The notes beneath the pieces are model-generated. The model was not told the DNA's origin and ran no database searches. It was given only the letters and a program-made list of their open reading frames with translations. A stretch of DNA of 64,000 nt from Alloascoidea hylecoeti (taxonomy: Eukaryota), in the NCBI GenBank assembly GCA_001600815.1, contig BCKZ01000012.1:62001-126000 (forward strand), in the 5' to 3' direction. This document shows positions 35,400-46,537 of the stretch, piece after piece (position 1 is the stretch's first letter; each line of letters opens with the position of its first letter). A program made the position numbers and the translations under genes.

Positions 35400-36305
35400 C
35401 ACAAGTCATGCAACAATTACAATTCAGAAGATTGGTTGTATTCTTGGGGATATCGGGAAGCCCAGGAATGTGCTGGTTCCAGTACTAGTGGATTGACCGT
35501 CTATTCCTCAATTAGTTGGAGAACTTGTCACTTTTGTTGGATGTGTCAATATCATGGATAATTCCATGCTACTCCAGAGTCTAGTGACTCCACCCATATG
35601 GATGATTATTTTTAGATCAATAAATGCCCAAAATTCGTGATCAAAAAATAATATCAGAGATGAGAAGAGGAAAAAATAGTTCGTTACTTGCTTACAGAGT
35701 ATTGTGTGACTGCTTCCCCCCAAAAAGATGAAAAAACTCCTCATCTTAGATGGTCATGGATCGTATAGCAAAATAAATATATAATACCTGCCTGCAAGAA
35801 AGACATATTTATGTGTTCTTCGAGAAATATCACAAGTTCTTAATGTTTTCTTGCTTCTTTCCTCTGTAAAAATATTTGCATGAAGCAACTCAGGAGTTCT
35901 ACTTAAAAGAGTCAAAATTATATAGATTATGGAATGATTATTTTGATGGTATAAGTTATATGGAAGAGCAAGAAATTGACTTTAAGTGAAAAAATATTAC
36001 ATCTGGTTTTAGATATACCCAAGAGTCGGTTCTCCTTAGCAAAGATAAGGAAAGCATTCTGGGTTAGAATAGAAAGAATCCAGAAGGTGAATTACCGCTT
36101 GATAAAGCCATCTATCAAAAAATACCTACAATTAATCAGAGACTGTGTGATATCAGCGCGTAACCAAGACCCAAGTTATGGAGGAGGTGGGCATATTATA
36201 CGAGGGACTTTACCTGCAAATATTAAAAGATCTTCAGCACGCTATTTAACTGGAGTAGCGGTAAACGTTGCAATCGCTCATTGTATTACAGAAAAGATCC
36301 AGTGA
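35400..36305 (+). mobile_element. Decayed pogo/Fot1-type DDE_1 transposase
   Basis: ELVTFVGCVN, PPIWMIIFR, KLLILDGHGSY, YLPA and NITSGFRYT motifs in the expected order, with stops and frameshifts. Confidence 0.82.
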
Positions 36306-36358
36306 AAGAAATCATTTATACTGTTTTTTCTGAATTTTTGAAACGAAGTAAATAGTTA

Positions 36359-36609
36359 TGTGGCCGGGTAATCATTTTCACAAATCGTTATTCACGTTAG
36401 AGTGAGATGTGTGATATAATCTACGTCTGTTCTCAGTTATACCATCCTGCTACTATATAGATTTATGCTAGAATCCATATTTTCTATTCCCTATTCCTCT
36501 CGATCATTTTCTGATCGCTCTTGTTGATAGATTATCCCGTGCTACTTCCCCCATCTAGGACTATCATTAATTGAAACTCGTGCATATTGCTTAAAATTAC
36601 CCGGTCACA
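36359..36609. mobile_element. 251-bp TG...CA element with 14-bp terminal inverted repeats (solo LTR or MITE)
   Basis: TGTGGCCGGGTAAT ... ATTACCCGGTCACA (1 mismatch); internal TATATAG and TC-rich tract. Confidence 0.65.
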
Positions 36610-37289
36610 TTGTTATTTATTCTCGAATAGCCCGTTAAAAAGTCGGAAACCCCAGTATAGGGCTTATATTATACATGTATAGGCTTATATTTATTTTTTC
36701 GAATTTTTAGAAAATTTAGAAAATTGTGTCTTGAATTTTTACTTTCCCTTGACGAAGAAACACCTATAGGCCTATAGCTATTTAAATTTAAACATGCACA
36801 ATCACAAACAGCAGATCCCTACACTGTACTATATAGGTAGCTACAAAATATATTGGTTAATCAATTATAACTAGATATAAATGAGTCGCTATTTATCTAC
36901 ATATAATTGGAGGCTTAAGCCTAAGTATAAAATCCACGAAAACAAACAGAGTAGAGATTATTAATAGAAAAGTCAAGCCAATAAATAAATACCCTTTTAT
37001 CTATATATAGTTATAGGATACCGTCATTCAATACCAACATCTTCGTCAAATAAAGACCAATTATATAGATGAACAAAAATATATATACGTGGTTTCGATC
37101 ATAAATTATATAAGTTTATAAGCTGGAAAATGATAATGAACGCGTTGAAAAATTAATACAGACTTTATTTTATATTTATATTAATCCAATTTCAATTTCA
37201 ATTTCAATTTCATATGCACAGGTTTGAAGAAAGACATGCGCAGTTTATCATTCAAATATATCTTCAGCTTGTCGTTATCCGGTCATGAA

Positions 37290-39122
37290 TTAGTTATCAT
37301 CTTCATCAGAAGCAATTGCACATTCCTCATCACCATCATCACTGAAAGTAACAGCGCTATCATGGCGTATTCCACCATATCTATATTTACCATAATAATA
37401 ATTATAATGCTCATGTTCAGGATCAATTGACACTTTTCTATTATAAGAAGAATATCGTCTTCTTGATTCATTTACACTTGATGTATTGGAGGTTATATCA
37501 CATTTTATTGGTGGGTGTATTCGTTCACGATATACATTTTTTGGCAATGATTGTGGCTTAGGAGGGAAAGAAAAAGTTTCTCTGTATGTGAAATTCGGCG
37601 ACCACGATAGATTTTTCAGATTTGGTTGTGATTTTAGTTTGTTTTCTGCGAAATCTTTATGTTTTATAAGATCTGTAATGCTCGAAATATCTGTCGGAAT
37701 TGAGATTTGTGTATTTAAGCGCACAACGATACAAGTAACGTTATCCATTGAGCCTCTTTCTATGGCTTTCTCAACAAGCAATTGGCTTGCTTCTTTACAA
37801 TCGTTAATATCTTGTATCAACTCAACCGCTTCTTGATCACTGATAACATCCCAAATACCATCACAACCTAAAATTAAAAATAAACCATCCTTATCTTCAT
37901 TATGGTGGCTTATAACAATAGGAATATCCAATCTGGAAACCTTAGGATTGCATGATATTCCACCATCATGCAGCATTGTTTCCCCACCCAATGCTCTGGT
38001 GATAGCCAGTAATCCATTAACCCTTCCATTCCAGATATATCCACCCGATTCAACAATTCTGTCACTTTCATCCGTATTAATAACTTTATGGTCCGTTGTT
38101 AATCTATAGGCTTTATTTTTATAACCAAGAACAATTCTAGTATCCCCGACATTTGCTGTATATAAATGGATATGTTGATTAGTAACTGCAGATGATATTT
38201 CATCTTCATTATCTAATTCAAGAAACACAATAGCAGCAGTACACCCCGCTTTATTATTTACATCAACCAACTGATTTGTTAATTCCTTATTAATTTTTTT
38301 AAAAGTGGAGTTTAAAATGGTTTCTAAACCAATATCATTAATATTATTGGGGGACTGTGGTTGTGGTTGTGTTTGTGGTTGGGTGGAGACCCGATCTAGA
38401 TCTAAAGTAGATAAATCTAATTCAGAAGATGTGGAGTGATATCTTTTTGACGCAATTTCAGATATTAAAAGTGGAACAAAATTGTGTTTACACCACCTGG
38501 ATGCTTCATTTCCAGCAAATCCATCAAAAATAGCAAATAATGCATTTTTACAGATTTGTTGGGTATTACTATTGAGATTGATGTTGGTGGTAGCAATAAA
38601 TGCATCTTCCATAGTAGGCCTGTAAGGTGCATTTATATCATCCGAGACTCCAAAATTAAAAAATAAATCATCAGAATAAATACTTGAGTCAAAAGAATCG
38701 GTATGTGGATTAGTTTTTTCCTTAGAAGAACGAAAAGGTTTGGACGAATTGGTGTCAATTGCAACCTTATCTTGATAAGAACGAAACTTTGGGCTAAGCA
38801 AGTTCATATTCGTAAAACCTAGGGGTTGTCTTGAGCCCACCGACAAATCCCAAACAGACTGGAGTGAGCAGGGCATGGAATTAGCTCTGTTAATTGTCAT
38901 CAGACTCCGTGGTGTTGATACTATGGATTTCTCAAAATGACCTTCCAAGGAGTTAGCAGTAGTTGAACGACGAGATGAGATAGATTGGGGTTTTGATGAG
39001 TCTTCTAATGCCATACCTCTCCTGCATTGCGCAACCTCCGAGGTTCCCTTGGCACCCTGGTCATGGGCACCATTGTTAACCACCGTTGGACTCGAGTTCA
39101 AAGAAAATGAAAACCAACTCAT
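37290..39122 (-). CDS. PP2C-family phosphatase, Ptc1-like but divergent
   Basis: RPTMEDA, FAIFDGFAG, ANVGDTR, DHK, GRVNGLLAITRALG, GCDGIWDV, GSMDNVT; ATG 39122 preferred over the upstream T-rich extension. Confidence 0.88.
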   Translation of the reverse strand: MSWFSFSLNSSPTVVNNGAHDQGAKGTSEVAQCRRGMALEDSSKPQSISSRRSTTANSLEGHFEKSIVSTPRSLMTINRANSMPCSLQSVWDLSVGSRQPLGFTNMNLLSPKFRSYQDKVAIDTNSSKPFRSSKEKTNPHTDSFDSSIYSDDLFFNFGVSDDINAPYRPTMEDAFIATTNINLNSNTQQICKNALFAIFDGFAGNEASRWCKHNFVPLLISEIASKRYHSTSSELDLSTLDLDRVSTQPQTQPQPQSPNNINDIGLETILNSTFKKINKELTNQLVDVNNKAGCTAAIVFLELDNEDEISSAVTNQHIHLYTANVGDTRIVLGYKNKAYRLTTDHKVINTDESDRIVESGGYIWNGRVNGLLAITRALGGETMLHDGGISCNPKVSRLDIPIVISHHNEDKDGLFLILGCDGIWDVISDQEAVELIQDINDCKEASQLLVEKAIERGSMDNVTCIVVRLNTQISIPTDISSITDLIKHKDFAENKLKSQPNLKNLSWSPNFTYRETFSFPPKPQSLPKNVYRERIHPPIKCDITSNTSSVNESRRRYSSYNRKVSIDPEHEHYNYYYGKYRYGGIRHDSAVTFSDDGDEECAIASDEDDN

Positions 39123-39963
39123 TGTTAATTTTATAAATATATAAATTTTAAAAAAAGTAGAAATAAAAAAATTAAAGGTGTTGAGAAGAAAGATTGTAAC
39201 CAAGTTGGGGAAAACAAAAAAAAACACAAAAAGCCACCAACATAGACATTTTATATCGGGGACGAGTCGACATTGCTGGGACGGTTGGTTATTAATATTT
39301 CGAAACATTTCGGGGCTTCTATTATTCAATGAGGTCATCTCAATCCTCGTTACCCCATATATTCTGTACTTGTACTACTAAATATGCCTATAGCCACTGG
39401 ATATAAGTTACACTGATTGCGTGGTATACTGAGAGGGGCCATGTCTCTGAAACCAATCATAATCACGATTTAATGCGTATTCAAATACAAACCTCCTCAG
39501 GTTAAACTTGTAACTCTTGATGATTAATTAGACTGCCCCTCCAATCAACATAGTTGATGTATCACATGATATCGATGGAGGTGGCTGAAATTGGAGTTGA
39601 CCAATCAGGCTCGGGACCAGTAACAAATCCAATAAGATACACATTCTAGCTCTATTTATATACGCCTATTATTGGGCAAATAGAATAGAAATAACGGTTT
39701 TCTTATCTTCCAGTAATAAGGTTTGCAACTGAGACTGAAATTCAAAAGAAACTCAATCAATGTGCGATTAAAATTGTGAAGTATAAACTGAGTAAACGCA
39801 TAACTGAATAATGAGATGCTTCTGAACTGTTAAAGTCAGCAAAGCAGATTTTGTCTACTATTAGTTTTTACAATTGCAATAGTAATTAATAAAATGGTTA
39901 TCGTACAGTCTATATTAGAAGATATGTGTTGACATGGAATAATAATCGCAATTTATATTCAAT

Positions 39964-39971
39964 TTACCCGG
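39964..39971. promoter_or_regulatory. Reb1-type site TTACCCGG upstream of the PBP2-like gene
   Basis: Exact consensus 70 bp upstream of the ATG. Confidence 0.55.
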
Positions 39972-40041
39972 ATACAGGCTGTCTGATTTTCTCACACCTC
40001 TTTTCGCAATCCTTCTTCCTCTTCCACAAACAACTTGCAGA

Positions 40042-41337
40042 ATGCCTAAAAGAAAGGGCTCAGAATCACCTTTGAGCGACAGGGAAATTGAGTCAAAGAG
40101 AGTAGCTCTGGATACAGATGCTATAACGTTGGACCCTCAGGTTGATAGAAATGGTGACTTACCAATGAAGGGGTCCGATGATATAAATATCGATGAACAA
40201 GAAAGTTCAGCAAATGGTAACTCTAATAGCACGCTTACCGGGGATGATGCCTCCTCATCCTCAATTAGAAAGCCCCCTGTGAGTAGTCATACTTTACCTA
40301 GGAGGGATGGAGATGGTTCCGTCCCTACATACATTCATCTACGCGTGTTGTGCACTGTAAGGGAAGCTTCCACAGTTATTGGAAAAGGAGGTGAAAGAAT
40401 AAACTCCATTAAGAAGGATTCCGATGTGCGAATAAATGTCTCTGAAAATGTTAGAGGTGTTCATGAGCGTGTGATACATTTTAAAGGTCCAGCTGAAAAC
40501 GTGGCTAAAGCTATTGGAATAGCAGTAAGATATATTCAAGAAGAACCAATAAACGTACCATCATCTGCAGAATCCAAACCCTATAGATTGAGAATCTTAC
40601 TACCGCATATCATTACAGGTTATGTCATTGGGAAAGGTGGAGCCAAATTTAGAGAAATTGAGGAGCAATCGGCTGCAAAATTAAAGGCTAGCGAACAGAC
40701 ACTACCTTTTTCTTCTGATAGGAGCATAGCGATAACTGGTGTGGCAGATGCAATTCATATTGCTGTTTATTATATCAGCATGACTTATAATGAACATAAA
40801 CAAAAATTGCAAGGAACTCGACAAATGCAGTATAACCCAGCTTCTGGAACAGGTGTCCCGGCAATGATGGGGACGCCATTTGGGTTTGTGCAGCAACCTC
40901 AAGGTGTTAGAATGGGAATGGTTAATAATTCAATTCCCAATGGGTCTTCCGTCCCACCGGTTGCTCCTTATGTAAATACGCCGTACCCAGCTCCTTCCGG
41001 AGGTTCACCTTCTCCTATGGGTGCTTACAATCAAGGTCCAGTGACGTTAGGGAATGGAAATAACCAATTAATGATGCAACAGCCTGTTTCTCAAGATGTT
41101 TATATTCCAAATGAATTTGTCGGATCCGTTATTGGAAAAAATGGCTCATCTATTAAAAGCATTAGAGAATCCTCGGGCTCAACTATCAGAATCAGCGATC
41201 CTAATCCAGAGAGCAAGGATCGACTGATCACTATTACTGGTGCTCCTCAAAGTAACCAGGTTGCTATATTTCTCATTAACAACAAAATAGAAACGGATAA
41301 AAGGCGAAATGGAATGAGGAATAACAATCAAATGTGA
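40042..41337 (+). CDS. PBP2: Triple-KH RNA-binding protein (Pbp2/Hek2 family)
   Basis: Three KH domains with IGKGG, IGKGG and IGKNG loops. Confidence 0.8.
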   Translation: MPKRKGSESPLSDREIESKRVALDTDAITLDPQVDRNGDLPMKGSDDINIDEQESSANGNSNSTLTGDDASSSSIRKPPVSSHTLPRRDGDGSVPTYIHLRVLCTVREASTVIGKGGERINSIKKDSDVRINVSENVRGVHERVIHFKGPAENVAKAIGIAVRYIQEEPINVPSSAESKPYRLRILLPHIITGYVIGKGGAKFREIEEQSAAKLKASEQTLPFSSDRSIAITGVADAIHIAVYYISMTYNEHKQKLQGTRQMQYNPASGTGVPAMMGTPFGFVQQPQGVRMGMVNNSIPNGSSVPPVAPYVNTPYPAPSGGSPSPMGAYNQGPVTLGNGNNQLMMQQPVSQDVYIPNEFVGSVIGKNGSSIKSIRESSGSTIRISDPNPESKDRLITITGAPQSNQVAIFLINNKIETDKRRNGMRNNNQM

Positions 41338-42299
41338 TCAATTATTCAATTTATGCAAGCTTTAGTTTTGTTTATTTTGAAAAGGCCTTTTTATTTTTCT
41401 ACTGGCACTTTCTGCTTGAAATTACATATCATGACTTTATATATCAAGCTTATAGGATGCGACAAAATACCCCAACCAGTTAATACTCTTTGAAGGTCAA
41501 CGAACATAAAATTTTCTGGACTAGTTCTAATTATTCCACTCTTTTATCTTTATAGAATTAACTGATTGTGCCTGTCTATGTCCTTTTTTTTACTTATTTT
41601 CTTTTATTTAATTTTCCTTTATTTTATTTTATTTTATTTTCTTCTATTTTCTTTTTTGTCTTAAATTTTTTTTATTCATTTTAAAAAAGTAGTTTGAACA
41701 TGTCTTTTGACTATTTTATAATTATCTATCTACAAAATATCTAATTTTATTGAAAACTATCTCCATAATATCTTTAGTTTCATATTTAATTTGAAGTTAC
41801 ATATGATGTATATCCTCTCCCTGTTGAGCACCTTCATATATTAACTTTTTATATTACTTTCTGAATTATATACACCCTCATTTCTGATTAATTCTGTGAG
41901 CCCAGAGTTGCTTTCTGTCGTTCGTTTTCCGTATTCATTAGTTTCCTTAGCATATCATCATGTCTCTAGTTTATACCGTCAACTGTTATAATTGAATTAT
42001 ATTATTTGTCTTTTATACCATCTCATTAATATTCATTTCCAATTTTTGTCCATCAATTATTTTATTTAATTTACTGTTATGCATTAGAAATTTATTATAC
42101 ATCAACAATGTTTTGGTTCTAGATGTATGGGTCTAGATTTGATGATAAATTTTACTCTTCATATTTAACGACTTTTTTTTGTATCATATTAGCATACTGT
42201 TATTATTACTTTTGTAATATATTTTGTTATTTAGTATTTACATAGTATAATTAGTATTATGATTTAAAATGTACATGTATAAAAATCTATAATTATATA

Positions 42300-45200
42300 T
42301 TAATTTTTCTTAGTTAAACCATTTTGATTTTTCCTCTTTGATTTGGATTTCTTTTTCTTCACCTTTTTGTCTGTGGGTGGTAGTACTTGTCCATATACTA
42401 CAGAGGCTTCTTCGGTGTTAACATTCTTATCGTTTTTCAATTCACTATCTTTGACAGCTGCATGTTTATTTTTTCTTTCTAGTTTTAACCAATTAATAAG
42501 CTCAAAAAACATTGTTGGTTGGATCTTGTTCCTCTTATCACACACCCATTTTTTCAGACTCTTTGAATAAATATCAACAATATTGTCAATTGCTATATTA
42601 AAGTCATACGCTAAAAGAATCTTTGCTAAAAATAAACTTGCTTGACTACAAGAATTTCCATGTGCAACAACAGAAGATCTTGTAGCTTCAGATTGAAAAG
42701 TTAATAACTGATTTAAAATATCGTGTATTTTAATGTGCTCAGATCCCAGTATCAAATAGTCATCTTTTGGATTTAGACTTTCTGCGTTTGATGGGATAAC
42801 AATTTCTGCTAATTTTGTTTTACAAATCTTTGTTTTTAGTAGTGCGTGAGCCTTTTCTCCAAGTTTCTTGTTTAAAGTGATTTTAATAACGGCAATTACA
42901 GGTTCAATCATTGTTAAAATCAAAGGACTTTGTGGGTTTACTTCGATAAATATTTCCAATAGTTCTAATATCCTTGTCTTAAGATGAATCATATTCTGCC
43001 TGGCATCTTCAACCTCCAATTTACGTTTATTACCGGTGACCACAGTTTCAAGCTCTTCTTTTCTAGCTTTGAAAACCATGGAAAGAGTTTCATCCATAGC
43101 CATCATCTGTTCATCATCCATAGACTCCTCTGAAGAGGAAGATTCGGAAGAGGATGATGATGCATCATCCTCAGTTTGTAAATTGCTTTCAGAAACATCT
43201 TCAGATTGTGTTATTCCAAGCGCCTTTGCCAGAGCAATATTTGCTTTTTTATCAACTTCAGCCACTTTATTATCAACTTCAGAATCCGAACTCGAGGCAT
43301 TATAGATATCCGAATCTGAATCTGATAAAGAGCTTTCTTCACTATCTTGATCAACGTCCATTTCATCAAATTCACCATCAACTTCTTCCTCATCACTGTC
43401 TCCGTTATGAGCACCTTCTGAATCAAATAAAGAACTTTGTCCTTCTTTGTTCTCCTTCGCTTTTAATATATCATACAACAGCCCTAAACTTTCTTTGTTC
43501 ACATCCATACAAAAACATTTCCAAACGGTTGCTGATAATCTTTTCAAAAGACTTGATTGCCCTGAAATGAATCCGATAATAATTTCGGTTAACACCTGGG
43601 CAGAATCAATTTCTTCATCACCGCCTTCTTTTCCTTTGGATTTACCTATACTTGAATTATAGCATAGTTCGAGTTCTTCTAAAACAGATGGCGCTTCTAA
43701 ATCATCACCAGAATAGAATTGTAATAAAGTCATTGAATATAATAATTCAAACGCATAAAGTTGAGGAGAATTTTTTTTACTAGATGAGAACCTCTTCTTT
43801 CTAATCTTCATTAATCTCTTTAATGATTTTTCTAACAATACTGTTAAATCACCTTCAAACTCAATGCGTAATGTTTTTTCTGGTTTACCGTTATTTTGGG
43901 TTTCAAGTAAGAAATTTAACACTTTAAAAGGCCAAGAAGTACCATCTGGACGTTTGTACGATATTAATTCACCTAAAATGGAATTAAGTCTGCCTCTTGC
44001 TACTTTTGCAACGTTCTCGGATATTTCAAATTTTGAATTATTAAAAAAACCAACTGAAGTCATCAGTGAAAGAATAGAATCAATCGCTTTAATAAGATCG
44101 TTTGATGGCTCTTCACGGATTGCAAGTTTATTATATCGAGTGAGATGTAATAATGTATCTAGAATCCATATTTGTTTTCTTTGTTTCTCCTTTTCATTTT
44201 CTTCAGTATCCTTTTCAGCTTTCTCAATTAAATCATTTAAAAGCTGAATAATAGATGGAATATATTCAGGTTGTAATCGTTTTAATAAATTATCGGTGGT
44301 TTTTGATTTGGAAACAATATCAAAATTTATAAAACCATGCTTTCCAGAAACTAATTGTTCAAATAATATGGGACACTTAGCTGGTTGTAACGCTGAAATT
44401 TGCTCAACTTCATTAAGAGCTTTCTTTGCCGCTGCATGTAAGATTCCATCACTGTTTGAGGATTGGTTGATAAAACATCTAAAAAGATTTTTTTCAAATA
44501 AACAAGGAATTTGACTTGGTTGAGAAAGTTGTAGAAATTCACTGAAAATTTGAAACCCCCAGGATTTCTTTTCAGTTGATGATTTTTGTGAAAATAAACT
44601 TTCATCAACTACAACACGCCAAAATTCTATCAAAGAAATATTCGAGTGTTCATTTGAAGTGGAAATTGGGTCTGATTTGTTATTGTTCTTTTTCCGTTTT
44701 TTTGAGATCTTAGTTTCTTCATCAGTAGTGGTATTTTCAAGCGTTAACTCCTTAGCTAGAAGTTTCCATACAGAATGTAATTTAACTCTAGGCATGGTCT
44801 CCTTTTTCTTTTTAGTTGCATTTTCTTCAGAATCGTTTCTGATATTTGCATTCTTAAGAACCTTAGATAAGAGTACACTATTTCCAGAAGACATGGGATT
44901 ACCATTTTTCCAGTGATTGTGTGACCAGAAAGGTACCGCTAGAGATCTAAACTTTGAGGGAACTGTTAGGAAAACAGCAATTCCATCAGGAGTTTCTGAA
45001 AAGTTGTGCTTCTCAATGGCTTCAAAAGTGATTTTAATCACTCCTTCAGTAATTGTTATACTATCCTTCTTGTTAATTTCGATGACTTGAGATAATAAAT
45101 TACAAATATGAGAGATACACAATTCAACAAGCCAAACTTTTGTTTGCGCCAAATTCAAGCATTCCTCTAAAAACAGCGTATAATTTTCAACCACATGTTC

Positions 45201-45584
45201 GGATTTTGCAATCGGATTCTGGGTCTCGGCTAAACATTTTAACCCCATCAATTTCCCTAACAACACGTTCTTTACTTCTCTACCTGACATTGAACTTGCA
45301 ACTTTTGTTGTATCATTCAACATTTGTAAAAACTCCTCCACAGTTAGATAATATTTTGAATTTTTGACTGTACAAATGTCCAAAAGCTCCATAAGTGTCA
45401 TAGTAAACCCCAATCTACTTGAATCTCTAGGGCTAGATAAACCTCGGATCAGTCTGTTTATTGCATATTTCCAATCATCTTCAGTACCACTGGCAACCAA
45501 CTCCTGAACCAGATTTTGAGCAGCAGAAACTCGTTCATCAGCAATATTGCTTGCTAATTTATAATAATGATCTTTAGATACCAT
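42300..45584 (-). CDS. POL5: Pol5/MYBBP1A ribosome-biogenesis protein
   Basis: YAINRLIRGLSSPRDSSRLGF, FWRVVVDESLF, acidic region ending MDDEQMMAMDETLS. Confidence 0.93.
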   Translation of the reverse strand: MVSKDHYYKLASNIADERVSAAQNLVQELVASGTEDDWKYAINRLIRGLSSPRDSSRLGFTMTLMELLDICTVKNSKYYLTVEEFLQMLNDTTKVASSMSGREVKNVLLGKLMGLKCLAETQNPIAKSEHVVENYTLFLEECLNLAQTKVWLVELCISHICNLLSQVIEINKKDSITITEGVIKITFEAIEKHNFSETPDGIAVFLTVPSKFRSLAVPFWSHNHWKNGNPMSSGNSVLLSKVLKNANIRNDSEENATKKKKETMPRVKLHSVWKLLAKELTLENTTTDEETKISKKRKKNNNKSDPISTSNEHSNISLIEFWRVVVDESLFSQKSSTEKKSWGFQIFSEFLQLSQPSQIPCLFEKNLFRCFINQSSNSDGILHAAAKKALNEVEQISALQPAKCPILFEQLVSGKHGFINFDIVSKSKTTDNLLKRLQPEYIPSIIQLLNDLIEKAEKDTEENEKEKQRKQIWILDTLLHLTRYNKLAIREEPSNDLIKAIDSILSLMTSVGFFNNSKFEISENVAKVARGRLNSILGELISYKRPDGTSWPFKVLNFLLETQNNGKPEKTLRIEFEGDLTVLLEKSLKRLMKIRKKRFSSSKKNSPQLYAFELLYSMTLLQFYSGDDLEAPSVLEELELCYNSSIGKSKGKEGGDEEIDSAQVLTEIIIGFISGQSSLLKRLSATVWKCFCMDVNKESLGLLYDILKAKENKEGQSSLFDSEGAHNGDSDEEEVDGEFDEMDVDQDSEESSLSDSDSDIYNASSSDSEVDNKVAEVDKKANIALAKALGITQSEDVSESNLQTEDDASSSSSESSSSEESMDDEQMMAMDETLSMVFKARKEELETVVTGNKRKLEVEDARQNMIHLKTRILELLEIFIEVNPQSPLILTMIEPVIAVIKITLNKKLGEKAHALLKTKICKTKLAEIVIPSNAESLNPKDDYLILGSEHIKIHDILNQLLTFQSEATRSSVVAHGNSCSQASLFLAKILLAYDFNIAIDNIVDIYSKSLKKWVCDKRNKIQPTMFFELINWLKLERKNKHAAVKDSELKNDKNVNTEEASVVYGQVLPPTDKKVKKKKSKSKRKNQNGLTKKN

Positions 45585-45590
45585 AACTTT

Positions 45591-45653
45591 GTGATGAGAA
45601 AACTATTTTCTGAAGAAGACTAATTGAAAAATTTGTAGTTTATGTGATGAGAA
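45591..45653. promoter_or_regulatory. PAC-like GATGAG x2 (in GTGATGAGAA) flanking RRPE-like TGAAAAATTT upstream of POL5
   Basis: GTGATGAGAA at 45591 and 45644; TGAAAAATTT at 45625-45634. Confidence 0.55.
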
Positions 45654-45807
45654 TGAGTAATCATTATAGGATAAATTACATAACATATGTATCATGCTGA
45701 AATATTCCCGCGTGTCTGCGTATATATGAGCACTACCGGGATTTATGGACTTTCGTGAATTTCTCAACCATTATTTGTGTCTTGACAAACCTATTTCATC
45801 AATAATA

Positions 45808-46136
45808 ATGGCTGCCACAAAAACCGCTCTCTCGTAAGTCATTTATAGCCTTTAAATGTCTGCTTACATTGGTTCTATTTCGTTAATTGAGGTGTTTTTT
45901 ACAACTTTTTCAAGCGACCGGTATCGACGAATAGGAACTCTTATAATGATTTACCGTCAAGAAACTAACAAAATGTCTATAGATTCAACAAAATCTTGGC
46001 CATCTCCGCCAAAGTTCTCCGTAACTCTCTCAAACAAGAAGCTAGAGTCGCTGCCGAACGCCGCAGTCTTTCCGAGGCCCGTTTCCAAAAGTGGGAGAAG
46101 GGACAAGCAAGCGAGTCTAAACCATTAAATCTTTAA
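45808..46136 (+). CDS. ATP15: Mitochondrial F1 ATP synthase epsilon subunit, 59 aa; exons 45808-45833 and 45983-46136
   Basis: Intron GTAAGT...AACTAAC...TAG gives MAATKTALSFNKILAISAKVLRNSLKQEARVAAERRSLSEARFQKWEKGQASESKPLNL. Confidence 0.85.
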
Positions 46137-46537
46137 GTGATATGATGACAGTTACAATAACTATTAAGTCAATGAAATGTGAAGTTATATTTACCTACAA
46201 TAAAATGTTATAAATTTATATTTCTATTATCATAGAAACAAGCAAGTTACAGTGTAGATATACATGTAGATCTCTCAATTGCATTCGAATTTAAATGTCA
46301 TAATTGTAGATTGGGCCATGGGCTTGTGTAATTATAAGCAAATCCGGAGGTGATTTTGTAAATGCCAGTACCGATTCTGTGTGAATTCATCCCAGTTGTC
46401 CGGCACTTTTGGTGAGGCCGATTGGCTTATTTTCTTCTTAAACCTTCACATCTACCAAGACCTTCGAGATATATACAATAAATATTCTCGGCACGCTCTT
46501 TCACCTATGTGCCAAGGCCATACTAATATACTATCCA

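Noticed and set aside
39123..39338. Hydrophobic N-terminal extension of the PP2C ORF
   Set aside because: Encoded by T-rich, UTR-like DNA; ATG 39122 has better context
45856..46128. 90-aa ORF from the track
   Set aside because: Starts inside the ATP15 intron and overlaps exon 2 in another frame
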